From Candidatus Poribacteria bacterium (GTDB taxonomy: Bacteria > Poribacteria > WGA-4E > PCPOR2b), in assembly GCA_965198175.1 (NCBI GenBank), contig OZ240245.1, positions 3,712,001-3,776,000 on the forward strand: DNA of 64,000 nucleotides, in the 5' to 3' direction. The notes under the pieces were generated by a model, which was given only the letters and a program-made list of their open reading frames with translations, made no database searches and was not told where the DNA came from. Below are positions 9,846 through 19,705 of the stretch, in pieces. Position 1 is the first letter of the stretch, and each line of letters starts with the position of its first letter. The position numbers were made by a program, and so were the translations under genes.

Positions 9846-10304
9846 TGTTATTACCTCTTCTCGCTGTGTTGGTAGTTTGGGTCGGAAGATACAAATCTGA
9901 AAAGGAGAAATCCCTTACTCCATTCAAGGACAACCTTCGGCGAGTTATCTGGATTGTTCATTTTGCTCAACATAACATTCCGGACAAACCACTATGAGAC
10001 CTCGACAGGATAGGGGTTACACGTAATTATACCATTATTTTATTACTTATGGCTCTAAATGTCAACCTATTTAGTATACTACCACCTAACCGTTCTCAGA
10101 CCTGAATAAAGAGAGGACCATTGTTCAATTGCTACTAAATTGTCGGACAAGTTTCGAACGGTGGTATCAATCGACTGAACGCGGGGCATCCCTGTCCCGA
10201 TAATCCGGGCTAAGAAGCCTTCCTAAAGTTATTGTCAACGCTAACCGCACCTCGAATTAGCTCGCACTGACAGAAGTAATGGATCCGTTCGTCAGGGAAC
10301 GAGT

Positions 10305-10328
10305 GTAGGATTCGGAATCCCGACCTAC
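10305..10328. repeat. GTAG-type REP-like palindrome
   Basis: Minus strand GTAGGTCGGGATTCCGAATCCTAC: GTAG head plus a GGATT/AATCC stem, intergenic. Confidence 0.4.
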
Positions 10329-10393
10329 CGATTCAAAATTCACATTAGGCTGTATTAAGGTCGAGTCCTTACGGAGATTTGTGAACTGGATTA

Positions 10394-12343
10394 CTATTTG
10401 CTTTGTGTCCGCCTTGCTTGTCGAATGGCATGAAGCCCCTGCTGATAAGCTGGGTTATCCGGCTGTAGCGTCAGTGCTTTCTGGATGGTATCCTCTGCCT
10501 TCGCGTAGTTCTTGCTGCGGTAATACAACCAAGACAGCGTGTTCAGGTATTCCGCCGAGTTGGGCTGAAGTTCGACTGCTTTTTGCGCTAGTTCAAGCGC
10601 TCTGTCGAGGTAGATGTCCTTGGCGCCGTATAGATGTGCCAACCGTTCATAAGCATGGTGAAAAGAGGTCCCGAGAGAAATTGCCCGTTGATATGCCTGC
10701 TCTGCTTCATCAATCTGATTTCGCATCGTATAGATTGTACCCAGGAAGTAGTGTGCATCAGCCATATCTGGTTGGCGTTTCAGCGCTGCATTCAAATTAT
10801 CTGCACCCTCATCTAGCTGTCCTTCCTTGACAGCGATAGCACCGAGGATGTAATACGGCTCAGCAAGGTCGGGGTCGTTTCTAACGACCTGTTTATAGTG
10901 ATGAGCGGCCTGGCGAAACATCCCCTGGCGTAAGTAGACGCGGGCAAGACCTAGGTGAATCTTTGAATCGTTTAACCCAAAGGACAGAAGTTTTTCAAAG
11001 GCTTCCTGAGCCTCATGAAAACGGGACAGTTGAAAGGCAATATTGCCTAGGTTCTGCCACGCTACTGCGGAGTCGGGTTCGAACTCCAGAGCCTTGCGAT
11101 ACGCTGAATGGGCGCGTTCATACTCGTCTTCTTTTTTTGAAGTCTGAGCTTTCTTGAACCAGATTGATCCCAGGCCGCTATACGCAGCAGCGAGCTCTGG
11201 CTCTAGTTCAATCACGTGCTGTTGAGCCGCGATAGCCTCCTCAATACGCCCCTGCATGGCATAGATGTGAGCGAGTCCTTCAAAGGCCTCGGATGCGTTC
11301 GGATCATGGGTGAGTGCTTTGTTGAACTGCTGTATTGCCTCATCGTAAATCTTGTCACGGCTGTATTCCCAGCCCGGCTGTATGGACAGCGCATCAGCCT
11401 GTGCCATACTCTTGAGACCCTTGTCTATAGCATCCTTCGCCGCCAAATGTCCCTTAATTTGCCGATACCGCTCCATCTCTGTTGCCGCTTCCGCCGTTTT
11501 ACCTTGCTTAAAATACAATAGCCCCAACTGGTAGCGAGCGCCTTCCATCTGGGCGTCAATGCGAATTGCCTCTTGGAACACTTCTACTGCTTCATCCTCC
11601 TGTTTCTGTGAGAGATAAACCAGTCCAAGTTGGAAATAGACCTTGGCGAGGGGCGGTCCCAAGCTGATAGCCCGTTCGTAGTGTTCGGCAGCTTGGTCAA
11701 CCTTGCCCCGCTCAAACGCAATACGCCCAAGAAAGTAACTCACATGGGCTGGCAACAGCAAGTCCAGTTTATATGTCCCAGCTCCCGCCTGAGGTGAGGA
11801 CGGTGCAGTTCGATACTGCCGAGATTCTGGCGACATCATGAGCAAAAAAGCTTTCTCGAATTCAGCGTGTGCTCGATCATAGTTGTGCCGTTGAAAGTGA
11901 ACAATTCCCAACTGCGCGTGAGCCTGATCCCAGTCCGGGAAAAGGTGGATAGCTCGCTCAAGCACAGCTATCGCCTTTTCATATTTCTCCTGTAGGTAGT
12001 AGATGCCGCCCAAGCGATAGTACACACTGGTATCATTTGAATTCAACCGAAGCGCGCTTTCAAACGCCGCTTCTGCTTGGTCTGTCGCATCAAGTGACAA
12101 ATACGCCAGACCGAGATTCAGGTGCGCCTCGGCGGACGTCGGGTTATCATCTACCGCCTTTTGATATTGAGCCACCGCTTGTGACAATCCCAGCGTCGCC
12201 TCCTGAGATTGTGCTGCTAGGCACAGTCCCAGCAGCATGACTGAAAAAAAGTCTACAATTCTACAACGGTCGCTTGTTCGAAGGGGGAAATATGCGTTCA
12301 AGAACGTCTCTTCATCTTCGCAGTCGTGTATTTCGGTATCCAT
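10394..12343 (-). CDS. Tetratricopeptide-repeat protein
   Basis: Numerous AxAHxNLG..Y...G....A...F..A...P repeats. The true start is uncertain and may be downstream, near MLLGLCLAA. Confidence 0.9.
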   Translation of the reverse strand: MDTEIHDCEDEETFLNAYFPLRTSDRCRIVDFFSVMLLGLCLAAQSQEATLGLSQAVAQYQKAVDDNPTSAEAHLNLGLAYLSLDATDQAEAAFESALRLNSNDTSVYYRLGGIYYLQEKYEKAIAVLERAIHLFPDWDQAHAQLGIVHFQRHNYDRAHAEFEKAFLLMMSPESRQYRTAPSSPQAGAGTYKLDLLLPAHVSYFLGRIAFERGKVDQAAEHYERAISLGPPLAKVYFQLGLVYLSQKQEDEAVEVFQEAIRIDAQMEGARYQLGLLYFKQGKTAEAATEMERYRQIKGHLAAKDAIDKGLKSMAQADALSIQPGWEYSRDKIYDEAIQQFNKALTHDPNASEAFEGLAHIYAMQGRIEEAIAAQQHVIELEPELAAAYSGLGSIWFKKAQTSKKEDEYERAHSAYRKALEFEPDSAVAWQNLGNIAFQLSRFHEAQEAFEKLLSFGLNDSKIHLGLARVYLRQGMFRQAAHHYKQVVRNDPDLAEPYYILGAIAVKEGQLDEGADNLNAALKRQPDMADAHYFLGTIYTMRNQIDEAEQAYQRAISLGTSFHHAYERLAHLYGAKDIYLDRALELAQKAVELQPNSAEYLNTLSWLYYRSKNYAKAEDTIQKALTLQPDNPAYQQGLHAIRQARRTQSK

Positions 12344-12370
12344 TAAATTGATACTGGATTCTAGGTAATG

Positions 12371-13420
12371 TTAATTGCTCGGTCCCAACTGTTTGAGCCA
12401 TCCCCAAGTTAACGGGCGCTTTTCAACGGGCGAAACTTCGAAAGGTGGCGCAGGAAATGCGGGATCGAACCAAGCGGGAGAACGGGCGCGCTTGCCTTTT
12501 TCTAGCACTAGAATCTGTACAAAATTCATTGCTGCCTTGAGCTCCGCTTCAAGCGTTTCCCCGGCGCCAAGATTGCCGATCTCGTTGTAAATAAAGATAC
12601 CCTGTGGAAAAGACAAGGAGGCTATGCGTTTTCCGTCCGGAGACCAAGTTGCGTCCTTCTTTTCCTCTGTACTCTTGATCCACCGCTGATTCTCTCCATC
12701 TGGATCAATGAGGTAAACGTCGCCCGTTCCATCTCGGCGAGACACCCAAGCCAACGTTAGACCGTCTGGCGACCACTTCGGTTGTATGTCCTGACCCTTA
12801 TGATTGCTGAGATTCTGCAGGTTTTCGCCTTTCGCATCCATCACATATAGGTCTGCAATCGTCCGACCTCGCTTGGTCGAGAACGCAATCTTTCGGCCAT
12901 CTGGCGACCACGACGGTTCGGTGTCAGGCGCAGCATCCCCCGTGAGATTCGCGCCGACGTTCCCTTGAGCCGTCATTGTGTAGATTTCAAAGTTCCCGTC
13001 ACGTTTGGTGGCGAAGGCGAGCTTTTGACCGCTGGGGTGCCAAGTCGGCCAGCTATCTTCCGCCTCATGCTCGGTGAGCCTTCGGAGATTCTCGCCGTCA
13101 GCTCTAATCGTATAGATGTCAATGTTATTCGTCAAATCAGTATGGAAAGCCAGCATTTCACCGTTTGGGGACCATACCAAGCCCGTAGGTACAGGTTCCC
13201 CGCCAATTTCCAAAAGCAGGAGGCGATTTTCGCCAGCGGGATCCATTGACCAAATGCCAACCTCACCTCCCACCCCGTTGGTACCGATCGCAATGGTTGG
13301 TCCCACAGGCGCTTGTGCCCGTGCGCTCACTAGCAGGACAACACCGTTCAAGATAAGCACGCCGATGAACACAACAGGCGCGCATATGTTCCGAATCTGC
13401 ACAACTTGTCTGATTTGCAT
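12371..13420 (-). CDS. Secreted TolB-like (PD40-repeat) protein
   Basis: Signal ending ARAQA; WSPDG repeats; tail EVSPVEKRPLTWGWLK. Confidence 0.9.
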   Translation of the reverse strand: MQIRQVVQIRNICAPVVFIGVLILNGVVLLVSARAQAPVGPTIAIGTNGVGGEVGIWSMDPAGENRLLLLEIGGEPVPTGLVWSPNGEMLAFHTDLTNNIDIYTIRADGENLRRLTEHEAEDSWPTWHPSGQKLAFATKRDGNFEIYTMTAQGNVGANLTGDAAPDTEPSWSPDGRKIAFSTKRGRTIADLYVMDAKGENLQNLSNHKGQDIQPKWSPDGLTLAWVSRRDGTGDVYLIDPDGENQRWIKSTEEKKDATWSPDGKRIASLSFPQGIFIYNEIGNLGAGETLEAELKAAMNFVQILVLEKGKRARSPAWFDPAFPAPPFEVSPVEKRPLTWGWLKQLGPSN

Positions 13421-13650
13421 AGCGTATCACCTCTTTGTGTAGTTGAAATTCTACGGAGAAGTCCGGAATTGCGAGAGAACTCTTGAACTACTGTTTCTCC
13501 GGACTTCTCACACTTACTCAGATACAGACTTATTCAAGTCGTTAAATCGCGGTAATAGTTTACGCGTCCTATCTTGAAAGAGTCTAGAACTTGCTCAAGT
13601 ATCCATCCGAAGTTTATTTTATCGCATACTTCATCAATGCTGCTAGCAAT

Positions 13651-15378
13651 CTACTCACCACTGGGCTCTGTGACGACAATCTCCTGATTCGGCGCAAGAT
13701 TTTTCAGAATTTGTAAAATTCCGCTCGGCCAAAGAATCTCAAGGCGATCCACTATGGCATAATCGCCGAGACCAAAGAGGCAGCGTGGATCATTACTACA
13801 CAGAATACTTGAACCAGCGCGCACCTCTTGAACCCACGACTGAGAGCCCACTGTCAATGTCAGCCGTGCACCGATTCCGTCCCGATTGCTAATCACACCC
13901 ACGAACTTTACCCGCAGCCAATTGTGGTGATTGCCACCTTCATTTCGCAGCAATTCCGCAGGCTGATTCACTTGTGTCGTCACTATATCCAAATCGCCAT
14001 CGTTGTCGTAATCCCCAAAGATTGCACCACGGCTGACACTTTCACGCTGAAAATACGTTCCCGAGTCGAACGACACCTCGGTGAACGTACCATCTCCGTT
14101 GTTATGAAATAGTTGATTGCGCTGTGCATAAGTAAGAGTGTCTGTTACCTGCGCAATATTGTCAATTATATGTCCATTCGCGATGAAGATATCCAGATAT
14201 CCATCGTTATCATAATCAAAAAAGCGTGTGCCAAAACCTACAAAGAGGAAGCTCCCCTCCCCTAGACGGGCGCCGTAAATCACATCAGAAAACGTCCCAT
14301 CCCCGTTGTTCTGGTAGAGTGCGTTCGTTTCATAGGATAGGTTGGTGACAAAGATGTCCTGAAACCCATCCCCATTATAGTCACCTGCATCAACCCCCAT
14401 ACCAGCCTGTGCCACACCATTGAAGCTATAAGCGCAGCCTGCTAGTAGCCCCATCTCGGTGAATGTACCGTCTCCATTGTTGTAGAAAAGGTAGTTTGGG
14501 GTATCGTCGTTGGCGACATAGATATCTACTTCACCGTCGCTGTTGAAATCCGCTGCGACGACGCCCAATCCTTTCCCGCTATGGGGTCCTTCAATTGCTT
14601 TGAACCCTGCAGCTTCGGTGACGTTCGTGAATGTACCATCTCCATTATTGTGAAAAAGCTGATCGGGCACTCCGTCGAAGTTTTTGGGGTGACAGAGAAT
14701 GCGAATCCCGTCGACTTCACAGGGAGCGTGGGGAATTTCCAGCGAATACCGCAGATAGTTAACCACGTAGAGGTCGAGGTTCCCATCACGGTCGTAATCA
14801 AGAAAAGTGGCGCTGCTGCCCCACAACGGGTCTCCTACCCCCGCGGCTTCGGTGACATTCGTAAAAGTGCCATCGCCGTTGTTCCGATAAAGCACATTGG
14901 GTCCCAAGTTCGTCACGTATAAATCGGGGTCCCCATCATTGTCATAATCACCGCAGGCAGCGCCGATGCCATAATTCCCGATGTTGCCCGCGCCTGCCTC
15001 ACTAGTAGCATTCGTGAATGTGCCATCGCCATTGTTGCGATAGAGAACACTTGTGTACGATTCCTCCGACGGTTCGCCTGGTAAATCACCGCTGTTGACG
15101 AGATAGAGATCGAGGTCCCCATCGGTGTCATAGTCAAAAAACGCTCCGCCAGCGCCGAGCTGTTCGGGCAAATGGTAATCACCCTTTGCCCCATTCTCGT
15201 GCCGAAACTGAATCCCCGCCTCCGCTGTCACATCAATGAACTGAATCCGATGCTCATCTGCACATACGTTGAGGTATATCAGCATGAACACTGCTGCAGA
15301 AAAGCGCGTGAGATTTGAGTCGAATGTTTCCGATTGGCTACTGTTGATTGTCGATGTCCTTTGCCAGACGAAAGCCAA
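13651..15378 (-). CDS. CRTAC1-family protein (FG-GAP/VCBS repeats + ASPIC/UnbV domain)
   Basis: Repeated DYDNDGDLDLY...LYRNNGDGTFT; C-terminal SNRDGIGAR...FGLG...LEILWPSG. Start uncertain. Confidence 0.9.
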   Translation of the reverse strand: MAFVWQRTSTINSSQSETFDSNLTRFSAAVFMLIYLNVCADEHRIQFIDVTAEAGIQFRHENGAKGDYHLPEQLGAGGAFFDYDTDGDLDLYLVNSGDLPGEPSEESYTSVLYRNNGDGTFTNATSEAGAGNIGNYGIGAACGDYDNDGDPDLYVTNLGPNVLYRNNGDGTFTNVTEAAGVGDPLWGSSATFLDYDRDGNLDLYVVNYLRYSLEIPHAPCEVDGIRILCHPKNFDGVPDQLFHNNGDGTFTNVTEAAGFKAIEGPHSGKGLGVVAADFNSDGEVDIYVANDDTPNYLFYNNGDGTFTEMGLLAGCAYSFNGVAQAGMGVDAGDYNGDGFQDIFVTNLSYETNALYQNNGDGTFSDVIYGARLGEGSFLFVGFGTRFFDYDNDGYLDIFIANGHIIDNIAQVTDTLTYAQRNQLFHNNGDGTFTEVSFDSGTYFQRESVSRGAIFGDYDNDGDLDIVTTQVNQPAELLRNEGGNHHNWLRVKFVGVISNRDGIGARLTLTVGSQSWVQEVRAGSSILCSNDPRCLFGLGDYAIVDRLEILWPSGILQILKNLAPNQEIVVTEPSGE

Positions 15379-16201
15379 TAAAACTCGTTCCGATTGCAGA
15401 ATGGTGCCCCATGCGCGTCATACATCGGGCTAGTTGCGGTCTATTAGCCCAGGAACCGCCCCGCACTACGCGGCGGCTCCCCACCTCAGGACCTGGTGGA
15501 TTTTGGGAAGGGCTCCGGTAGTAGTATGATTCGGAAAACCAATCTGCGACCCACTCCCAAACATTTCCGCCCATATCAAGTACGCCATATGGACTTGCAC
15601 CAGTCGGATAGTTCCCCACCGGTGCCAGCCCGTTGTCATAACCATCCCGCCCATTCCACACATTAGCGTGAACATTTGCCCCGCCAATCGAAACGAAGAA
15701 GGCGTTGCCCCAAGGCCAAACACGTTCGTCCGTTCCGCGCGCCGCTTTCTCCCATTCTGCTTCTGTCGGCAGCCGTTTTTTCACCCATTTCGCATAGGCG
15801 TCGGCAGCGTTCCAAGAAACACCTACGACCGGATAGTTTGGCTTCGTCTGCGCAATCTGAGGCCAATCACCGATACCAATCTCTTCACCGTAACTAACAG
15901 GAGTGTACGCGCTGTTTTCCCCGCCATCAGACTTCCAGAAAGAAAGATATTCCGCGTTGGTGACCTCGTGTTTGTCGATGTAATACGCATCAAGCGAAAT
16001 TTGGTGTGCGGGTTTTGTGCCAATTCCTCCTGCACCGTCGCCCATGGTGAATTTACCGGTGGGGACCAACACCATCCCGTCAGGTGGCGCCATAGGTTTC
16101 TGGCGTTCAGCCGACACAGAGCGCACTTCGCTTGTCAGGAGATTCAGGATAACCCCGAAGGTACAAAAAAGATAGAAGGTGATACGATAGTTAGTTGACA
16201 T
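15338..16201 (-). CDS. Formylglycine-generating enzyme (FGE-sulfatase/SUMF1) domain protein
   Basis: HEVTNAEY, PVVGVSW, KRLPTEAEWEKAARG, DMGGNVWEWVADW, RVVRGGSW and IGFRLA motifs. Confidence 0.92.
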   Translation of the reverse strand: MSTNYRITFYLFCTFGVILNLLTSEVRSVSAERQKPMAPPDGMVLVPTGKFTMGDGAGGIGTKPAHQISLDAYYIDKHEVTNAEYLSFWKSDGGENSAYTPVSYGEEIGIGDWPQIAQTKPNYPVVGVSWNAADAYAKWVKKRLPTEAEWEKAARGTDERVWPWGNAFFVSIGGANVHANVWNGRDGYDNGLAPVGNYPTGASPYGVLDMGGNVWEWVADWFSESYYYRSPSQNPPGPEVGSRRVVRGGSWANRPQLARCMTRMGHHSAIGTSFIGFRLAKDIDNQQ

Positions 16202-16212
16202 CGTAAACTAGC

Positions 16213-17403
16213 TTATTTTTCAGTCGTGAGGCGCTGATACAGACGGTATTCTTCTTTCGCCATTGCGCTGTCTCCTACGAGCTCATAGGTTTTCGATAGA
16301 TTCAAGTGAAAACGTGATTCGGAAGGGTTTAGACTAATCGCCGATTGAAACTGTTCAATGGCTTGGGGGTATTTCCCCATCATCGAATAGATACCGCCGA
16401 GACTGTTCCGATACGTCGCAACGTTGGGGCGGCGCTGAACAACCTCTTGATATGCCTCCAATGCTTTCCCGTAGACTTTCAATTGGAAATAAACGTAACC
16501 TAGAGCTTCGTAGCCGCGCACGGATTGTGGGTTGAGCGCGATGCACTTTTCAAACGCGAAGGCGGCAGCACCCCATTGAGCCCGTCCCATTTGAAGACGC
16601 CCCAACCGATACCATGCTTCAAGGTTTGTGGCGTCACTTCCTACTAGGCGTTGGAGACGCTCAATCTCTTCCTCCTCACGGGTCAACCTTTGAAAGGTTT
16701 CTAAAGCCTCCTTTCCTTCTTCTGACCGGTCCATACGGCGATAACAGTTCCCAAGACTCAGGTATGCCTTGGCATGGAACGCATCCTGCTCGATTATCTG
16801 TTTGAAGTGTACACTCGCTGTTTCAAATTCACCCCGCTGGAAATAAGCTAAGCCGAGCGTATAAAACGCCTCTGCTCGCGACGGGTCAAGTTCTATGGCG
16901 CGCTGGAGTTCATAAATCGAATCATTAAGCCGATGCTGTCGAAAGTACGCTATACCCAAAAGCCGATAGCTTTCTGCATGATGAGGATCCATCTGAACCG
17001 CTTTCTGAAGCGGCGGAATCGCCTTCGATGCCTGCGCCAGCACTTTCAGGTATGTATCACCCAATTTGTAGTAGGCTTCAATGTAGTTCGGATCCGCAAT
17101 CGTAGCTTGTTGAAACGCATGAGATGCGCTGTTCCACTGTTGCTGCGCCCCGTAAACCATTCCTAGGTAGTAGTGTGCGTCCGATAGTGACGAGTCAAGC
17201 GTGACGGCGCGCTGGAAGGCCACCTGCGCCTTTTCATAATCTCGACGAAAAATAGCACGCTGCCCTTCGTCGTAAGCTCGAGCGGCTTGATGAGTCTCGA
17301 AATTCGCCTTAGTGGCTTCCATTCCTCCCACGGCAGACAGCACCCAAATAACGCTTGCTAGAAGTGGTACATTCCATGTCTTTTTGGGAATTTCTTCTAT
17401 CAT
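16213..17403 (-). CDS. Tetratricopeptide-repeat protein
   Basis: TPR repeats; likely start MIEEIPKK at 17403. The longer ORF call runs through an intergenic hairpin. Confidence 0.88.
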   Translation of the reverse strand: MIEEIPKKTWNVPLLASVIWVLSAVGGMEATKANFETHQAARAYDEGQRAIFRRDYEKAQVAFQRAVTLDSSLSDAHYYLGMVYGAQQQWNSASHAFQQATIADPNYIEAYYKLGDTYLKVLAQASKAIPPLQKAVQMDPHHAESYRLLGIAYFRQHRLNDSIYELQRAIELDPSRAEAFYTLGLAYFQRGEFETASVHFKQIIEQDAFHAKAYLSLGNCYRRMDRSEEGKEALETFQRLTREEEEIERLQRLVGSDATNLEAWYRLGRLQMGRAQWGAAAFAFEKCIALNPQSVRGYEALGYVYFQLKVYGKALEAYQEVVQRRPNVATYRNSLGGIYSMMGKYPQAIEQFQSAISLNPSESRFHLNLSKTYELVGDSAMAKEEYRLYQRLTTEK

Positions 17404-17422
17404 CACAAAATGTAAACAGATA

Positions 17423-17466
17423 AGGAAAAACCCATCCCGCACACGTGTCCACGACGGGTTTTTCCT
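17423..17466. terminator. Terminator-like hairpin downstream of LamG copy 1
   Basis: AGGAAAAACCC...GGGTTTTTCCT inverted repeat; homologous to 19577-19615. Confidence 0.5.
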
Positions 17467-17528
17467 GAAACCAAATCCACTCAGAGCGTCATGAGTTTTA
17501 CGGGCTAACATTACTCACAACGTTGCGG

Positions 17529-18434
17529 TTAAGGGGTGACATGCCATAGCTTTTTGCTGGTCTTTATCTCCGCCCATGTTGTGGACAATTTCTCAGCCGG
17601 TGCAACACTGAGCGCAGCAGCAACTGCAAGCCCGTCCCGCATGATAGATGATATCTCATCTTCGCTCAAAACCCTGCTGAATACCCCGATGTCGTCCACT
17701 GTGACTTGAGCAGAAGAACCGAATCTGCCGCAAATATGCCAAGGACCGTGTTCATCGGTCCGAATAAAGGGTTTCGCACCGGGACCCCGATGCATGAATT
17801 CACCATTAAGGTAAATTACTGTCTCTTCACTGTTGCCCGTAAACGCATAGTGATTCATCTCCCCGCCGTTTGCAGGAAACCACCAGTGACCGCGCTGGGG
17901 AGGTTTACCGTACTGCCACATGATAAACTCCCCCGCGCCGTCATCCCATGGAAAATGGACCAAAATGCGTTGGTCCCACGGACCGCCGGGCTCGTAGGAA
18001 AATAGATCTTTCTGCGCCGCGCTGCCGATTTTATCGTTGCGCTGCACCCATGCGGTTATGGTAATTGCTGTCTCATCGGGAAGATCGCCGGCAGCCTCAT
18101 CATCCTCGTCAGGACCCAAGCGCTCATCCTTGATGAAATTCGGGATGCTGATAACGCTGCCCTCACCTTCACATTTCAGAGCCTTGCCGAACTTGCCGTC
18201 AACCCACTTTGGTTTTTCTCCAGGGTTAACCCCCCAGTGACCGCCTTCCAACGTGCCGTCCATGTCATGAGGGTTGCCCGAAGCATCTTCGACTATGCCG
18301 CCTTCGCCTTCATCAAAGAGCCAAATGGCAATGATGTCGGCGGGGTCCAGTGCAGCGAACGTTGGGACGGCAAGCAGCAGCCCCACGAGTGCAACAGTGC
18401 TGACACATGCCAGCGTTCTTAGCATAGATTTCAT
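17529..18434 (-). CDS. Secreted LamG/concanavalin-A-like jelly-roll protein (copy 1)
   Basis: Signal peptide; WLFDEGEG...DASGN...KWVDGKFGKAL...VDDIGVFSRVLSEDEI; tail VAPAEKLSTTWAEIK. Confidence 0.9.
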   Translation of the reverse strand: MKSMLRTLACVSTVALVGLLLAVPTFAALDPADIIAIWLFDEGEGGIVEDASGNPHDMDGTLEGGHWGVNPGEKPKWVDGKFGKALKCEGEGSVISIPNFIKDERLGPDEDDEAAGDLPDETAITITAWVQRNDKIGSAAQKDLFSYEPGGPWDQRILVHFPWDDGAGEFIMWQYGKPPQRGHWWFPANGGEMNHYAFTGNSEETVIYLNGEFMHRGPGAKPFIRTDEHGPWHICGRFGSSAQVTVDDIGVFSRVLSEDEISSIMRDGLAVAAALSVAPAEKLSTTWAEIKTSKKLWHVTP

Positions 18435-18625
18435 TTAGCATTACCTCCATCTGCAGCCGGTACGGTATAGGATGGCTGAATGCATACCGCTATAGAAAAT
18501 CCCATCCCGAATACCTGTACACGGCGAGTTTTTCCAAAACCAAATCTACGTACAACGGCGCAAGTTGTTAAACCGCTAGATTAGCATTACTCACGTCGTT
18601 GTGGTTAAGAGTAGACATATCTTAG

Positions 18626-19516
18626 CTATTTACTGGTCTTTATCACCCCCCATGTTGTTGACAATTTTTCAGCCGGTTCAACATCGAGGGCAGCAGCAAC
18701 TGCAAGCCCTTCCCGCATGATTGATGATATCTCATCTTCGCTCAAAACCCGGCTGAATACTCCGATGTCGTCCACTGTGATTTGAGCGGAAGAACCAAAT
18801 CTGCCGCAAATGTGCCAAGGGCCATGTGCAACCGTCCGAACAAACGGTTTCGCACCGGCGCCTACTTGGACAACTTCGCCGTTCTGGTATATGACTGTCT
18901 CATTACCCTCACCCGTAAAGGCGTAGTGGTTCATCTCCCCGCCGTTGGCAGGAAACCGCCAGTTTGCACCCCGGAAAAATTGTTGACCGCCATACTGCCA
19001 CATGATTAACTCGCCCTCGCCGTCATCCCATGGAAAGTGGACCAGGATTCGGTTATCCCACGGACCACCGGGCTCATGGGCGAAGAGATCTCGCTGCGCC
19101 GCGCTACCGATTTTATCGTTGCGCCGCGCCCATACGGTAATGGTAATCGTTGTCTCGTCGGGAAGATTGCCGCCAGCCTCATCGTCCTCGTCCGGACCCA
19201 AGCGCTCATCCTTGATGAAATTCGGGATGCTGATAACGCTGCCCTCACCTTCACATTTCAGAGCCTTGCCGAACTTGCCGTCAACCCACTTTGGTTTTTC
19301 TCCAGGGTTAACCCCCCAGTGACCGCCTTCCAACGTGCCGTCCATGTCATGAGGGTTGCCCGAAGCATCTTCGACTATGCCGCCTTCGCCTTCATCAAAG
19401 AGCCAAATGGCAATGATGTCGGCGGGGTCCAGTGCAGCGAACGTTGGGACGGCAAGCAGCAGCCCCACGAGTGCAACAGTGCTGACACATGCCAGCGTTC
19501 TTAGCATAGATTTCAT
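18626..19516 (-). CDS. Secreted LamG-like protein (copy 2, mosaic)
   Basis: Same architecture; 5' 331 bp identical to copy 1, middle nearly identical to copy 3. Confidence 0.9.
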   Translation of the reverse strand: MKSMLRTLACVSTVALVGLLLAVPTFAALDPADIIAIWLFDEGEGGIVEDASGNPHDMDGTLEGGHWGVNPGEKPKWVDGKFGKALKCEGEGSVISIPNFIKDERLGPDEDDEAGGNLPDETTITITVWARRNDKIGSAAQRDLFAHEPGGPWDNRILVHFPWDDGEGELIMWQYGGQQFFRGANWRFPANGGEMNHYAFTGEGNETVIYQNGEVVQVGAGAKPFVRTVAHGPWHICGRFGSSAQITVDDIGVFSRVLSEDEISSIMREGLAVAAALDVEPAEKLSTTWGVIKTSK

Positions 19517-19576
19517 TTAGCATTGCCTCCATCTACACCCAGTATCGTATATGATGCCGCATACATACAGGTAAAG

Positions 19577-19615
19577 AAAAACCCGTCCTACCACACACGT
19601 GCGGGACGGGTTTTT
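19577..19615. terminator. Terminator-like hairpin downstream of LamG copy 3
   Basis: AAAAACCCGTCC-N15-GGACGGGTTTTT, a perfect 12-bp inverted repeat with T-runs on both strands. Confidence 0.6.
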
Positions 19616-19705
19616 AGGAACCAAAACTACTTAAGCGCCGCGAGTTGCTAAGTGTTATCACTTCCATTACTCACAGTGCTTCGGTTAAGGGACGACAAGG
19701 CAAAA

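Noticed and set aside
13456..13509. 12-bp inverted repeat GAGAAGTCCGGA/TCCGGACTTCTC as a MITE or terminator
   Set aside because: Single copy, 30-nt loop, no target duplication or T-tract; function unsupported.
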